This document shows, piece after piece, positions 9,694 to 18,906 of a stretch of DNA of 32,000 bases. A model generated the notes under the pieces. That model worked only from the letters and a program-made list of their open reading frames with translations, was not told where the DNA came from and did not search any database. This DNA comes from Candidatus Thorarchaeota archaeon (lineage in GTDB: Archaea; Asgardarchaeota; Heimdallarchaeia; Hodarchaeales; Hodarchaeaceae). The position numbers and the translations under genes were made by a program. The stretch's first letter is position 1; every line of letters begins with the position of its first letter. The stretch lies in assembly GCA_048882505.1 (NCBI GenBank), contig JBHLRO010000010.1, forward strand, positions 60,001 through 92,000, given 5' to 3'.

Positions 9694-9878
9694 GTATGGA
9701 GGCGAAAGCTGATATTTTCTCCGTGATTTCTCCATACACCATATTTGACTTAAATTACAATCTCTTTAAAAGGCTGGGTGTTGTGGCAATACTGAGAGTA
9801 TGGTTAATTTGGACTGGGTTGGATCAAGCATTACTCAATTTTGCGCAAAAAAAGTCCATAGAGAGATTTAAATTGAGT
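9694..9878. promoter_or_regulatory. Cluster of inverted repeats upstream of the ABC exporter operon
   Basis: GTATGGAG/CTCCATAC (9694-9701 / 9730-9737); palindrome TTTTGCGCAAAA (9839-9850); ACTCAATTT/AAATTGAGT (9833-9841 / 9870-9878). Confidence 0.35.
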
Positions 9879-10127
9879 TTGAATTACTTCTAAAGTTTGT
9901 TAAAGGGACTGGAGACCATTTTTTGAGAATTTGGACTTCGCGGGTAAGATCCTCCTCCTCCCGGCTTAATTTCTTGGCACGGGATGCAGCCTCATCCCGC
10001 GCTACTTCAGCTGATAGGATTCATAGAGCTTACCTCGATCTCCGTTTATGGTCAGTGAACCAAAAATAAACAGCATATGGTTGAGCCCACACAACACGGC
10101 CCCCACAAAGCGGACCATGCTCGCCAT
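9868..10127 (-). pseudogene. Possible frameshifted gene fragment
   Basis: Two overlapping short frames: MASMVRFVGAVLCGLNHMLF...YESYQLK* (10127-10002) and ILSAEVARDEAASRAKKLSREEEDLTREVQILKKW (10020-9868). Protein-like helical composition, no recognised family. Confidence 0.25.
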
Positions 10128-10144
10128 GGCCGAATCTAAGATAT

Positions 10145-10687
10145 TTATTTCTCCCACAGTTCGTACTTGTCAATTGATTTATCGATTTCATCAAGCACCG
10201 CCTTGTGGCCTTCCTCACTCGCCCAGGTACCACAATCACCTAAGATGGATTCTAATCTTCGCCGAAAGTCGGCACGACTAGGTAGAATTTCCAGTTTAAT
10301 GATCCAGAGATCGTCTGGGATATGCCCGTACGGGGGAGGTTCGAACAAAAACAAGAGGATTTTGAGGGCCTTGGGATCCACGGCGACCCGAGCATAAAAC
10401 GCCTCGTAATCCAGCAAAACTTCCCAATCCCTTGCTATTTTGACATCCTCCCGCAATGGATTGAGATCGAAGCCTTTTCCATTCATTTCCTCGTAGGAGT
10501 AACGGATCCAGGCCTCGGCCGCTATTCCTTCGTCTTCTAATATAGCCCAAAACTCCGAAAAGTCCCGATCCTCATATTTATAGGGATCTTGTCGGAACTC
10601 GGGCCTTGTCAGAAACGCTTCGAGTTCTACTACCGTCTTTATGTCACTAAGGGTCTTTTTTCCATCCGAAATCCGTTCTCCTTCCAA
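10145..10687 (-). CDS. Hypothetical acidic helical protein; intact copy of a locally duplicated family
   Basis: 180-aa ORF with a TTG start; clear paralogy to 12576-13135, with many synonymous differences, supports real coding history. Confidence 0.78.
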   Translation of the reverse strand: MEGERISDGKKTLSDIKTVVELEAFLTRPEFRQDPYKYEDRDFSEFWAILEDEGIAAEAWIRYSYEEMNGKGFDLNPLREDVKIARDWEVLLDYEAFYARVAVDPKALKILLFLFEPPPYGHIPDDLWIIKLEILPSRADFRRRLESILGDCGTWASEEGHKAVLDEIDKSIDKYELWEK

Positions 10688-11047
10688 TTTCTTAGACTAG
10701 ATCTCTGATTTGATCCGATCTACCCTCCTTTTATACCTTCCGCAACCCTCGATCCAACTAATCACCCCTTCAATACTTGAGCTTCCGGATAATAAAGCTG
10801 GATTGAAGTAATTATCATCAGACAAAGGAAGAGTCACGTTCTGAAAGTTTTTCGGTGATCAAAAGCCAGGGCTGTCTACTTTGAACAGAACATCCAGGCA
10901 GATAAAAGTAGGGAAATGATTTGCGATATCTATAAAACTCCATAAAGCGGATTCTAGCGGCAAAATTATACAATTTATCTGCTTGAGAATTCAGGGGGTA
11001 TCAATATTGAGAAACGGCACAATGGCACTAGGTCATGCATTACTCCC

Positions 11048-12565
11048 TCAATTAAGCCTATTGAGTTTTTTCCTCTTTCCCTTCACTTCCTTCAAGAAAG
11101 CAATTCCGAGAGCCAAAAATAGAAATACTAAATGACTCCATCTTGTGGGGTAGGTTTCTGGATAGCCGATGGACATCTCATTATTAGAGAATTCATTTTC
11201 ATAGATTGTATTGTTGTCTGCCCCCAGAAAGATACCATATCCTTTATTGTCAATAATCTTATTATGATTAATAGTATTATACTGGGAGGGCCCAGTAATG
11301 CTAATGCCGTGTTGATGATTGTAGGAGATTAAGTTGTTTACTATCAGATTTCTGCTACTTCCATAGAAGTGTATTCCATTATCTGGATTCTCACTAATCG
11401 TATTATTCCGTATCACACAGTAATCCGAGTAATACAAGAAGATCCCGTCTTTGGGATCCCCGGGATATAGTGGTTTCTCTTCGTTGCCGTTATTTATTAC
11501 TGAGTTATTGAAGATGGTTCCTTCGATGATACTCCGAAATTCAATACCACCGCGTTGGTTCTGTGTAACATGATTATTTGATACCCGAATTCCGTTACCA
11601 GAAACTGCCTTGATTCCGACACCATTGTTCTGGCTTATTATGTTATTTTCTATCGCTACATTGTCAGAATGAACTTGTATCCCGTTAACAGAATTATTAA
11701 AGATTGAGTTATTGGCACAAATCCCTGTTGATTCAACTAATATTCCATCCCTATTCCCATAGCAGGTATTATTAAGAATGCTCGAGTTTTTACCTTCTAC
11801 TATATCAATTCCGCCCCAGTTGGCATCATAGACGACATTACTACTAACTATGCTATTGTTCGATCTATAAAGCTCAATTCCTTTTTCCCCTCCAGAAACA
11901 TCGTTAGTAGTAATGCTGAAACTATATGAGTTTACCACCACTATTCCTTGAAGGGAATCATAAATGGTGTTTCCATCCATTTCAATATCGTTTGAGTTTT
12001 CCATGAAAAATCCGAATAATTCATTATTGTAAATTTCATTCCTTGTGATGACAATATTCTGTGAATCCATAATATGAATCCCATAGAATCCTTCATTTGG
12101 GTTTGCACCATCTCGTGGATGTATTCTATTGTCGTGAATGGTAATGTTATCTGATGAATCCACGTGAATCCCATATCTTCCATTACCCATAACTGAACTT
12201 TGTTCTATTTTTCCATTTGACACGTTTATTAAACTGATTCCGGAAAATCCACCTGAAATTTGACAGTCTTTGATTCGGAAATAAACATCCGTGTTGGATA
12301 TAAAGATTGCAGGTGGGGCATCATAACGGGTAATCCCTTTAAACGTTTCTCCTTCTATTAAATACGGTTTTAAAAGGGATCCATTACGGGTTTGATTCAA
12401 ATCCCATCCATTAATTGCTGCTTGGTCTTTGAAGTTGTCGTTATCATAGATATGAATAGTATTTTGAGAGGAGTTATGAACACCGAGAGTAACTTCATCT
12501 GGAATCTGTATTATCAAAACAGATATCAAGATCATTATTAGCTGGGTTTTTATCACTCTACCCAC
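11048..12565 (-). CDS. Secreted, membrane-anchored right-handed parallel beta-helix protein (NosD/CASH/pectin-lyase-like repeats)
   Basis: N-terminal hydrophobic signal; many N-x-I-x-x-N / GI-x-I repeats (e.g. NNTISENPDNGIHF, NNLISYNHQHGISI); C-terminal TM helix followed by a basic tail KGKRKK. Confidence 0.9.
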   Translation of the reverse strand: MGRVIKTQLIMILISVLIIQIPDEVTLGVHNSSQNTIHIYDNDNFKDQAAINGWDLNQTRNGSLLKPYLIEGETFKGITRYDAPPAIFISNTDVYFRIKDCQISGGFSGISLINVSNGKIEQSSVMGNGRYGIHVDSSDNITIHDNRIHPRDGANPNEGFYGIHIMDSQNIVITRNEIYNNELFGFFMENSNDIEMDGNTIYDSLQGIVVVNSYSFSITTNDVSGGEKGIELYRSNNSIVSSNVVYDANWGGIDIVEGKNSSILNNTCYGNRDGILVESTGICANNSIFNNSVNGIQVHSDNVAIENNIISQNNGVGIKAVSGNGIRVSNNHVTQNQRGGIEFRSIIEGTIFNNSVINNGNEEKPLYPGDPKDGIFLYYSDYCVIRNNTISENPDNGIHFYGSSRNLIVNNLISYNHQHGISITGPSQYNTINHNKIIDNKGYGIFLGADNNTIYENEFSNNEMSIGYPETYPTRWSHLVFLFLALGIAFLKEVKGKRKKLNRLN

Positions 12566-12575
12566 TCCTCATACA

Positions 12576-13135
12576 TTAGATCATTTCTTCTTTTAACAGC
12601 GAAAAACATCTATTTAAACTTTCGCGAGATTTAGAGGTGAGGGGAGCTATTCCTGACGTGATTTTCGTCCTAGTTGCATTTGGAGATATTTGTCGATGCA
12701 TCATACCAGTAATCTTTTTTCGGATCCCCTTCCTGGTAAAATATGAGTAGACAACGTTCAGGAACATGAAGGACACGTTCAGGAACGTTCAGGAACAATA
12801 ATGGGCTTTTAGCGGCAACTCGTATTGCACGGACAATTATAGACATTAGCTCTTCGTTTTTCCTAATCCTTAGATCTTTTGACATCCTCCTATAACGAAG
12901 TCAGATTAAAGCCCTTCTTGTCCATTGGTTCGTGGATGTAGCATCGCCAGGTCTCGGGCGCTATTTCGTCGTCTCTCAATAAACCCTTGAACTCGTCCCA
13001 ATGATCATGTTCGTGATTATTGTGATCTAATCGGAACACTGGCCTCGTTAGGAATGCCTCGAGTTCCGTGACTGTAGTCAAGTCACGCAAGGTCTTTTTG
13101 CCAATGGATATCAACTCTTGTTGGGATTTAATCAT
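12576..13135 (-). pseudogene. Disrupted paralog of the 10145-10687 gene
   Basis: GKKTLRDLTTVTELEAFLTRPVFRLD vs GKKTLSDIKTVVELEAFLTRPEFRQD (20/26 identical, hand count); in-frame TAG at 12890-12892 and 12863-12865, then frameshifts. Confidence 0.82.
12754..12796 (+). repeat. Three copies of ACGTTCAGGAAC, two of them tandem with a 10-nt period
   Basis: Copies at 12754-12765, 12775-12786 and 12785-12796, inside the pseudogene. Confidence 0.85.
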
Positions 13136-13255
13136 TTACTTCTGTATGCAAGTTTCTGATCGAATTGGGTTAACAGATTGGTCAAGGCCCTCCTTAGATG
13201 GGCTTTTGCTCTTAACCATCAATACGTCTTTGGATGCAATTGCAATTCGAGTGAT

Positions 13256-14047
13256 TCATTTTATGTTGAGAATTTTGGCCATTTTTAGACTGGCCTCGTT
13301 TGGAAATTGGCTTTCAGAGAGAACGAACAAAAGAAAACCGTAAAGATCTCGCAAATCTATATTTAACTTGACAAGTATCTTCTCATTTTCTTCCAGAGAA
13401 ATCCATTTCTTGATCGATGAATGCAGTTCATTTCTCCGCTCACGAAGCTGGTTCATGAGTTCCTTGTGATCGTTAAGAGATGCGCCTGGATCCATTTTAG
13501 CAAGTAAAGCCAGAAATTTACCAGCCTTATCATCTTCCAAGAATTCCTCTTTTCCTGAATCCGCTAGCGCGAAGAAGAGCTTGGCCTTTCTTCCAAAGAA
13601 AGAAGTTGTCGTTCTTCCGATTTTAATTGACGCAATTGGTTCAATGAACCCTTTCTCTTCCAGAAGTCCTAGGTGGAAATATACATTAGAAAGTTTTGTA
13701 TTTTTCTTTGTTTGACTTCGTATTAGTGTGAGAATTTCTTTCGCCGTAAATGCATGTCGTACCACAGATTTTTTAGTAACTGGATCAAATTCCTCGTGTC
13801 CCAGGCGCATTAGGTCCATAATTGCGGATCTAATCTCGGATTTTGTGATCAAGTCAAATGCGGAAAAATCGGCAATATCCTCAATCGCTGGAATCGTGGC
13901 CCAATGATTCAGGATTCTGTCTTTAGCTGGCGATCTAAGGATAGTTTGGGGTACTAAAGGTGTGCGCTTTCCTGTTTCATTAGGCGAGCCGACATTGTCG
14001 TGATCCATCTTCACTAACATTGCCACATAGGATAGCTTAAAAATCAC
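13256..14047 (-). CDS. Winged-helix (ArsR-like) domain protein with a helical C-terminal domain; likely start ATG 14008
   Basis: AFTAKEIL...SNVYFHLGLLEEKGFIEPIASIKIGRTTTSFFGRKAKLF fits a wHTH recognition helix and wing; divergent from the MFS gene. Confidence 0.7.
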   Translation of the reverse strand: MIFKLSYVAMLVKMDHDNVGSPNETGKRTPLVPQTILRSPAKDRILNHWATIPAIEDIADFSAFDLITKSEIRSAIMDLMRLGHEEFDPVTKKSVVRHAFTAKEILTLIRSQTKKNTKLSNVYFHLGLLEEKGFIEPIASIKIGRTTTSFFGRKAKLFFALADSGKEEFLEDDKAGKFLALLAKMDPGASLNDHKELMNQLRERRNELHSSIKKWISLEENEKILVKLNIDLRDLYGFLLFVLSESQFPNEASLKMAKILNIK

Positions 14048-14074
14048 TCGTTCAGCGCGCGACTAAATCGTTAT

Positions 14075-15418
14075 TTGGTGAATAAAACAGTGAGTACAAA
14101 CAGCTCCATCGGTGAATACAAAAACCAAGGACCCCAATACAATCTTAGGGGCTATATATTATTCATAGTTGGACAAATGGTTTCATTGCTGGGTTCAAGT
14201 GTCGTCCAATTCGCCATTATTTGGTGGATTACTATTGAAACCAATAGTGAGGCATTTCTGGCATTGGCCGCTTTTGTTGGCTTTGGACCAACTATTATCT
14301 TAACTCCTATCGCGGGGGTATTTGTAGACAGGTGGAGCCGAAAGAAGATCATCGCGTCTGTTGATTTTATTCAGGCCCTTGTTACCGTACTTTTGATTTA
14401 TTTATTCATGGTGGGACAGGCCGACATTTGGACTGTTTTGGCAGTCACCGCCATTCGAGCCGTATTTCAAGCCTTCCACGGACCCGCGGTTCAAGCAATT
14501 ACCCCCCTCCTGGTTCCAAAAGAGAAACTTAGTAGATTGAATGGAATTCAATATTTGCTAAATGGCATTATTTATCTGATCGGACCTGTCATTGGAGCGT
14601 TGCTTCTTGAATTTTGGGTGCTCTACGAGGTTCTTTGGATCGATGCGATAACATTCGTTTTTGCAGTAATACCGACGATTATGATCACCATTCCCTCAGT
14701 TGTTGATCACGCGAAAAAGGAAAAAATGCCATTTCGGGTCGAATTCACAGAGGGTTTGGCCTTTATCCGAAACAAACAGGGCCTATTGGCCCTCCTGGCA
14801 GTATTTACAGCTGCAAATTTCTTCGTAACGCCTCTCTTCATCCTTTTACCCCTCTATGTAACTAAGATTCATTCAGGGGGAGCGGGTGATTTAGCATTCA
14901 TGATGGCAGTTCAGCAGTTAGGTTTAATCTTGGGAGCTCTCCTAATGTCCAGTTGGAAGGGATTTTCTAATAATGCCTATGGAGTTGGAATTGGTATATT
15001 CTGTATGTATGTTGGAGTGTTTATTATTGCTGTTACCCCTTTCAATTTCTTTCTGGTCGCTGGGATTGGAATGTTTCTTCTAGGTTTTATGCTACCAGTC
15101 GCAAATGTGTCGTCTCAAACCATATGGCAGAAAGTTGTTCCCCCAGAGAAATTGGGACGAGTGTTTTCTGTCCGGGTTACCATTGCCCAAATAACTGCCC
15201 CTCTGGGGATGATCCTAACTGGTACTATTGCAGGAGCTATTGGAATAACAACCTTTCTTCTTGTTACCTGCGGAGCAGGATTATTCTTTTTGGCATATTC
15301 CTGGTTATTTACTGGATTTACAAAGGTAGAAGCAACATTGCAAGAAGATAAGACCCCTGATATCCAAATCACTCCAGGCATCGAGCCATCCCCAGGGACT
15401 GTGGGTGAATCTCCATAG
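14075..15418 (+). CDS. MFS transporter, DHA3/MefA-like efflux family; likely start GTG 14090
   Basis: GQMVSLLGSSVVQFAIIWWIT, motif A AGVFVDRWSRKKII, and VPPEKLGRVFS; about 12 TM segments. Confidence 0.93.
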   Translation: MVNKTVSTNSSIGEYKNQGPQYNLRGYILFIVGQMVSLLGSSVVQFAIIWWITIETNSEAFLALAAFVGFGPTIILTPIAGVFVDRWSRKKIIASVDFIQALVTVLLIYLFMVGQADIWTVLAVTAIRAVFQAFHGPAVQAITPLLVPKEKLSRLNGIQYLLNGIIYLIGPVIGALLLEFWVLYEVLWIDAITFVFAVIPTIMITIPSVVDHAKKEKMPFRVEFTEGLAFIRNKQGLLALLAVFTAANFFVTPLFILLPLYVTKIHSGGAGDLAFMMAVQQLGLILGALLMSSWKGFSNNAYGVGIGIFCMYVGVFIIAVTPFNFFLVAGIGMFLLGFMLPVANVSSQTIWQKVVPPEKLGRVFSVRVTIAQITAPLGMILTGTIAGAIGITTFLLVTCGAGLFFLAYSWLFTGFTKVEATLQEDKTPDIQITPGIEPSPGTVGESP

Positions 15419-15777
15419 ATTTTCCCCAAAAACGCAGATCAAGCAAAATTACATTTAATAAGCAGTTAAGGTTAGAATATTTCAAGTTTCCTTCAAATTA
15501 GATCAACCCCATGTTCCTCATTACCTCTTACTGAAGCAAGAATCTATCTCCAGAAGTCTTTTCAAATCTCATCTTCGTATTTGCCCATATTATTACATGA
15601 TTGGGAACAGATGGATTCGCTTCGGTATTAAATCCTTAAATAATCTCACGTCTTTTCTATCCGTATCAGAAGTTCTCTGATCTATAATTGTCTATGACAA
15701 CCCAATAGAATTTTCCTTCTTATTTGATCTTCATTCTTCAAAATAATAGTTCGATACGAGTATGGCTTTAGTGCACC

Positions 15778-16569
15778 ATGATGACAAGAAAGGAAATTGA
15801 TACACAAGAATGGTATGATTTCATTGGAGAATTGTCCGGTGTATTACCGGGTATTCATCTGGGAGGTGAAAATGCTACAAAGGAATTAGTGAGCCTGTGT
15901 CATATAGACGAAACTAGCTATGTTCTTGACGTCGGATGTGGTTCTGGAAACACGGCATGCGAAGTTGCCAAAGAATATCATGCTCGAGTTGTGGGAATCG
16001 ATCTTTCGGAAGCTATGATAAGAAAGGCGATTGAAAGAGCCAAAAAGGAAGATGTTGCTGATAAGGTAGATTTTCGTGTTCAAACCGTCTTTGAACTGCC
16101 ATTTAGCGATCATACTTTTGATGTCGCACTTAGCGAATCAGTCTTAACACCTCTTCTTGGAGAAAAAATAAACGCGATACGTGAAATAGTTCGAGTCTTA
16201 CGACCTAGTGGACTTCTAGGAATAAATGAGTCGATTGTGGACTTTGAACCTTCCCCGGAGATCATAGAACTTCTTGATAAACATCCTGCGATTAATGGCT
16301 TCTTCACTACGTCAAACCTTCGGCAATTAATAGAAAACTCAGGTTTAAAGATAATAGAATTCAAGGAATATATGGAACCCTCCTCCACGACCTTAAGGGA
16401 GATTGGATTCAGAAACTTATTGTCTTTTATGCTTTTTAGTTATCCAAAAGTTATATGGAAATTACTGCGAGACAGCCGCTTCAGAAGAGCCCAAAAAGTT
16501 GACAATATGATCAATAAACACCTCAAAGAATACGGAGGATACGTTCTTCTCGTGGGCCAAAAAAGCTAG
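15778..16569 (+). CDS. Class I SAM-dependent methyltransferase
   Basis: IHLGGENAT, motif I VLDVGCGSG, GIDLSEAM, LPFSDHTFD, RVLRPSG. Confidence 0.93.
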   Translation: MMTRKEIDTQEWYDFIGELSGVLPGIHLGGENATKELVSLCHIDETSYVLDVGCGSGNTACEVAKEYHARVVGIDLSEAMIRKAIERAKKEDVADKVDFRVQTVFELPFSDHTFDVALSESVLTPLLGEKINAIREIVRVLRPSGLLGINESIVDFEPSPEIIELLDKHPAINGFFTTSNLRQLIENSGLKIIEFKEYMEPSSTTLREIGFRNLLSFMLFSYPKVIWKLLRDSRFRRAQKVDNMINKHLKEYGGYVLLVGQKS

Positions 16570-16815
16570 ATTTTGGTGAATAGAACCCCGATTCGATTTT
16601 TCCAATATAGTAACAAATAGATGGCACGAATAATTTCGTAAAATTGTTTTAGTTTTTGATCCTCTTCTCTAATTATTCAATTTCATTTTCTCCTCATAAG
16701 GGAATTCTTAAAAATGGGTCAGCAAACTCGGATACAATTTTCACAGATCAAGAACTCTAAAAGATAAAGATCATCATCAAAAATATTCCCCAAGCAGGTT
16801 AAGGAGGTTACAATC

Positions 16816-17544
16816 ATATCAGAAAAAAAATCAGATCCTCAAGTGATTCGTGAACTGTATAGAACTCAAATTGAGGAAAATGAGGTTTGTTTCATATATT
16901 TTGGATGGGCAGGCATTCTTCTACGGACCAAAACAAAGACGGTCGCGATCGATTTAGGCGAAAAGTGTCTGTCATATAATCATATAGCCAGTATACAGAC
17001 ATTAGATCTCCAACTTTACAGTCATACCCATTGGGATCACTTCGGCCGCTCTACCACAAAAAAATTATTTGAGGTAACACAGGCCCCGATTGTTGCTGAG
17101 CCTGACGTGGCTGCTGAATTGACAGGTGACATCCCTTCTCATATGCTCACTAGTTCCAAATCTGGAGAAGAGGTCAAGATCAATGGATTTACCATTAAGG
17201 CTGTAGCTGGAGTTCATCCAAGACCGATCACAGTTTTCCGTGTTGAGTGGGATGAATGTAAATTGTTTCATGGTGCTGATTCGGGTTATGTTCCATTAAC
17301 GGAATATGGTGCAGACTTGGCATTCATCCCGACGGGTACCCCCTCTCCTTCATGTTCACCCGAGAATGGCCTCAAAATGGTGTTGGATATCCAGCCTCGA
17401 ATCGCAGTAGCAATGCATGGGTCGAAAAAGCAAATGCAGAAATTTAGAGATTTGGTAGGAAAAAACCTTGATCGTTTACCAAATACACAAGTGGTCTTCG
17501 CGCAAGTCCACGAGATTTTGAGTTTGAGCTTTTCGAATCTATGA
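16816..17544 (+). CDS. Metallo-beta-lactamase-fold hydrolase (UlaG-like); predicted ATA start
   Basis: YFGWAGILL, SHTHWDHF, HGADSG and AMHG motifs. The track start is GTG 16843; in-frame ATA 16816 lies 7 nt after AAGGAGGT. Confidence 0.85.
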   Translation: MSEKKSDPQVIRELYRTQIEENEVCFIYFGWAGILLRTKTKTVAIDLGEKCLSYNHIASIQTLDLQLYSHTHWDHFGRSTTKKLFEVTQAPIVAEPDVAAELTGDIPSHMLTSSKSGEEVKINGFTIKAVAGVHPRPITVFRVEWDECKLFHGADSGYVPLTEYGADLAFIPTGTPSPSCSPENGLKMVLDIQPRIAVAMHGSKKQMQKFRDLVGKNLDRLPNTQVVFAQVHEILSLSFSNL

Positions 17545-17718
17545 GGAATACCTTATCATAGAATACATGTCAATTTTCTCCAGTTGGGTACCTCGCATGT
17601 CAGGAAGATGCCGATTTCTTAGCCCCCTCCCCCCAACGATTTCCTTTTTTGCATCTTGATGAAATTCCCATTTGGACGATTCAAGAAGTATAAGAAGAGA
17701 AATCATAGGTGTTTTGGA

Positions 17719-18897
17719 ATGATCCAACCAGTACTCGTCAGTTTTGTAAGAACTCCCATGGGTAAACTCCTCAAAGCGTTTGCTAATTATCCTGCGACTA
17801 AACTTGGCGCCGTAGCAATCAAAGAGGCAGTTAGACGTATTGATCTTGCCCCTGAGCTTGTAAACCATGTATTAATGGGACAAGTCATCACAGCGGGTTG
17901 TGCCCAAAATCCGGCTAGGCAGGCTGCTATTTATGGAGGTCTTCCTGTCACAGTCGGCGCCGTGACTATTAACAAGGTTTGTGGCTCTAGCTTGATGGCA
18001 GTAGTATGGGCTGCACAATCAATTAAAGCTGGGGATTATAAGGTCGTGGTAGCAGGTGGTATGGAGAACATGTCTATGGCCCCATATCTAATACCAAAAG
18101 CACGGGCGGGTTATAGATATGGTAACGCTGAATTAATAGACTCCATGCATCATGACGGATTATATGATATTTATAACGATTTTGCAATGGGAATGACCGG
18201 GGAAATCATTGCAGATCGTTTTGACATTTCTCGAGAAGACATGGATCGATTTGCTTATCGTAGTCACAGATTGGCAGCAAGTGCCATGAATAATGGGACA
18301 TTCAAGGACGAAATAGTCGCAGTTGAAGTACCAACCCGTAAGGGAACCCAAATAATCTCACAAGATGAGGGACCCAGGAAGGATACTAGCATAGAGGCAT
18401 TGGGGAAACTTAAACCAGCGTTCAAGAAAGAAGGACGAGTTACAGCCGGTAATGCCTCTCCGATTTCCGATGGGGCGAGTGCAACAATTGTGATGGATGA
18501 GGATTTTGCTAAGGATAATGGAATTCCGATACTCGCACGAATAGTTGATTATGGAACATCTGCCACGAAACCAGAATGGGTTATGGAAGCACCCATAGAG
18601 GGAGTTAAAAACCTGCTCAATAAATCAGGGCTTGCCATTAAAGATCTGGATCTTGTAGAACACAATGAAGCATTTGCATCTGCGAGTTGTGCAGTTCAAA
18701 AGGAATTGGAACTCCCAGATGAGATTTTCAATATAAAAGGTGGAGCTGTGGCATTAGGACATCCCTTAGGAGCATCTGGAGCTCGCATACTAACCACCCT
18801 CTATTACGGCCTCGTGAACAAACAGAAAAAAAGAGGTTTGGCCACCATCTGTCTAGGAGGTGGCGAATCGGTCAGTATGATAATTGAACGGCCATAA
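17719..18897 (+). CDS. atoB: Acetyl-CoA C-acetyltransferase (thiolase, AtoB/ThlA type)
   Basis: NKVCGSS (catalytic Cys), GGMENMS, TAGNASPISDGA, HNEAFA, GHPLGASG, CLGGG; ATG 17719 follows SD AGGTG. Confidence 0.93.
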   Translation: MIQPVLVSFVRTPMGKLLKAFANYPATKLGAVAIKEAVRRIDLAPELVNHVLMGQVITAGCAQNPARQAAIYGGLPVTVGAVTINKVCGSSLMAVVWAAQSIKAGDYKVVVAGGMENMSMAPYLIPKARAGYRYGNAELIDSMHHDGLYDIYNDFAMGMTGEIIADRFDISREDMDRFAYRSHRLAASAMNNGTFKDEIVAVEVPTRKGTQIISQDEGPRKDTSIEALGKLKPAFKKEGRVTAGNASPISDGASATIVMDEDFAKDNGIPILARIVDYGTSATKPEWVMEAPIEGVKNLLNKSGLAIKDLDLVEHNEAFASASCAVQKELELPDEIFNIKGGAVALGHPLGASGARILTTLYYGLVNKQKKRGLATICLGGGESVSMIIERP

Positions 18898-18906
18898 ATT
18901 AAGGAA

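Noticed and set aside
10145-10687. Elevated GC as proof of horizontal transfer
   Set aside because: Spot counts of about 50% in 60-nt lines were matched by a line in the thiolase gene; a proper sliding-window or codon analysis is needed.
12754-12796. Short repeats as a CRISPR mini-array
   Set aside because: 12-nt units, partly overlapping, with no unique spacers and no cas genes.
12863-12892. Two in-frame TAG codons suggesting amber readthrough or pyrrolysine
   Set aside because: TAG terminates clear genes here (15416, 16567, 28584, 30057, 31805); the codons align to Arg and Trp; frameshifts follow; no pyl genes in the window.
10145-13135. Paralog pair as a diversity-generating retroelement TR/VR
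   Set aside because: Differences are spread over all bases and mostly synonymous, not adenine-specific; no reverse transcriptase present.
17580-17655. GC-rich intergenic patch as a tRNA or ncRNA
   Set aside because: No cloverleaf or T-loop GTTCRA; only a loose GTTGGG/CCCAAC pairing with a long loop.
17656-17718. N-terminal extension of the thiolase in the ORF track
   Set aside because: Family alignment pattern and SD AGGTG favour ATG 17719.
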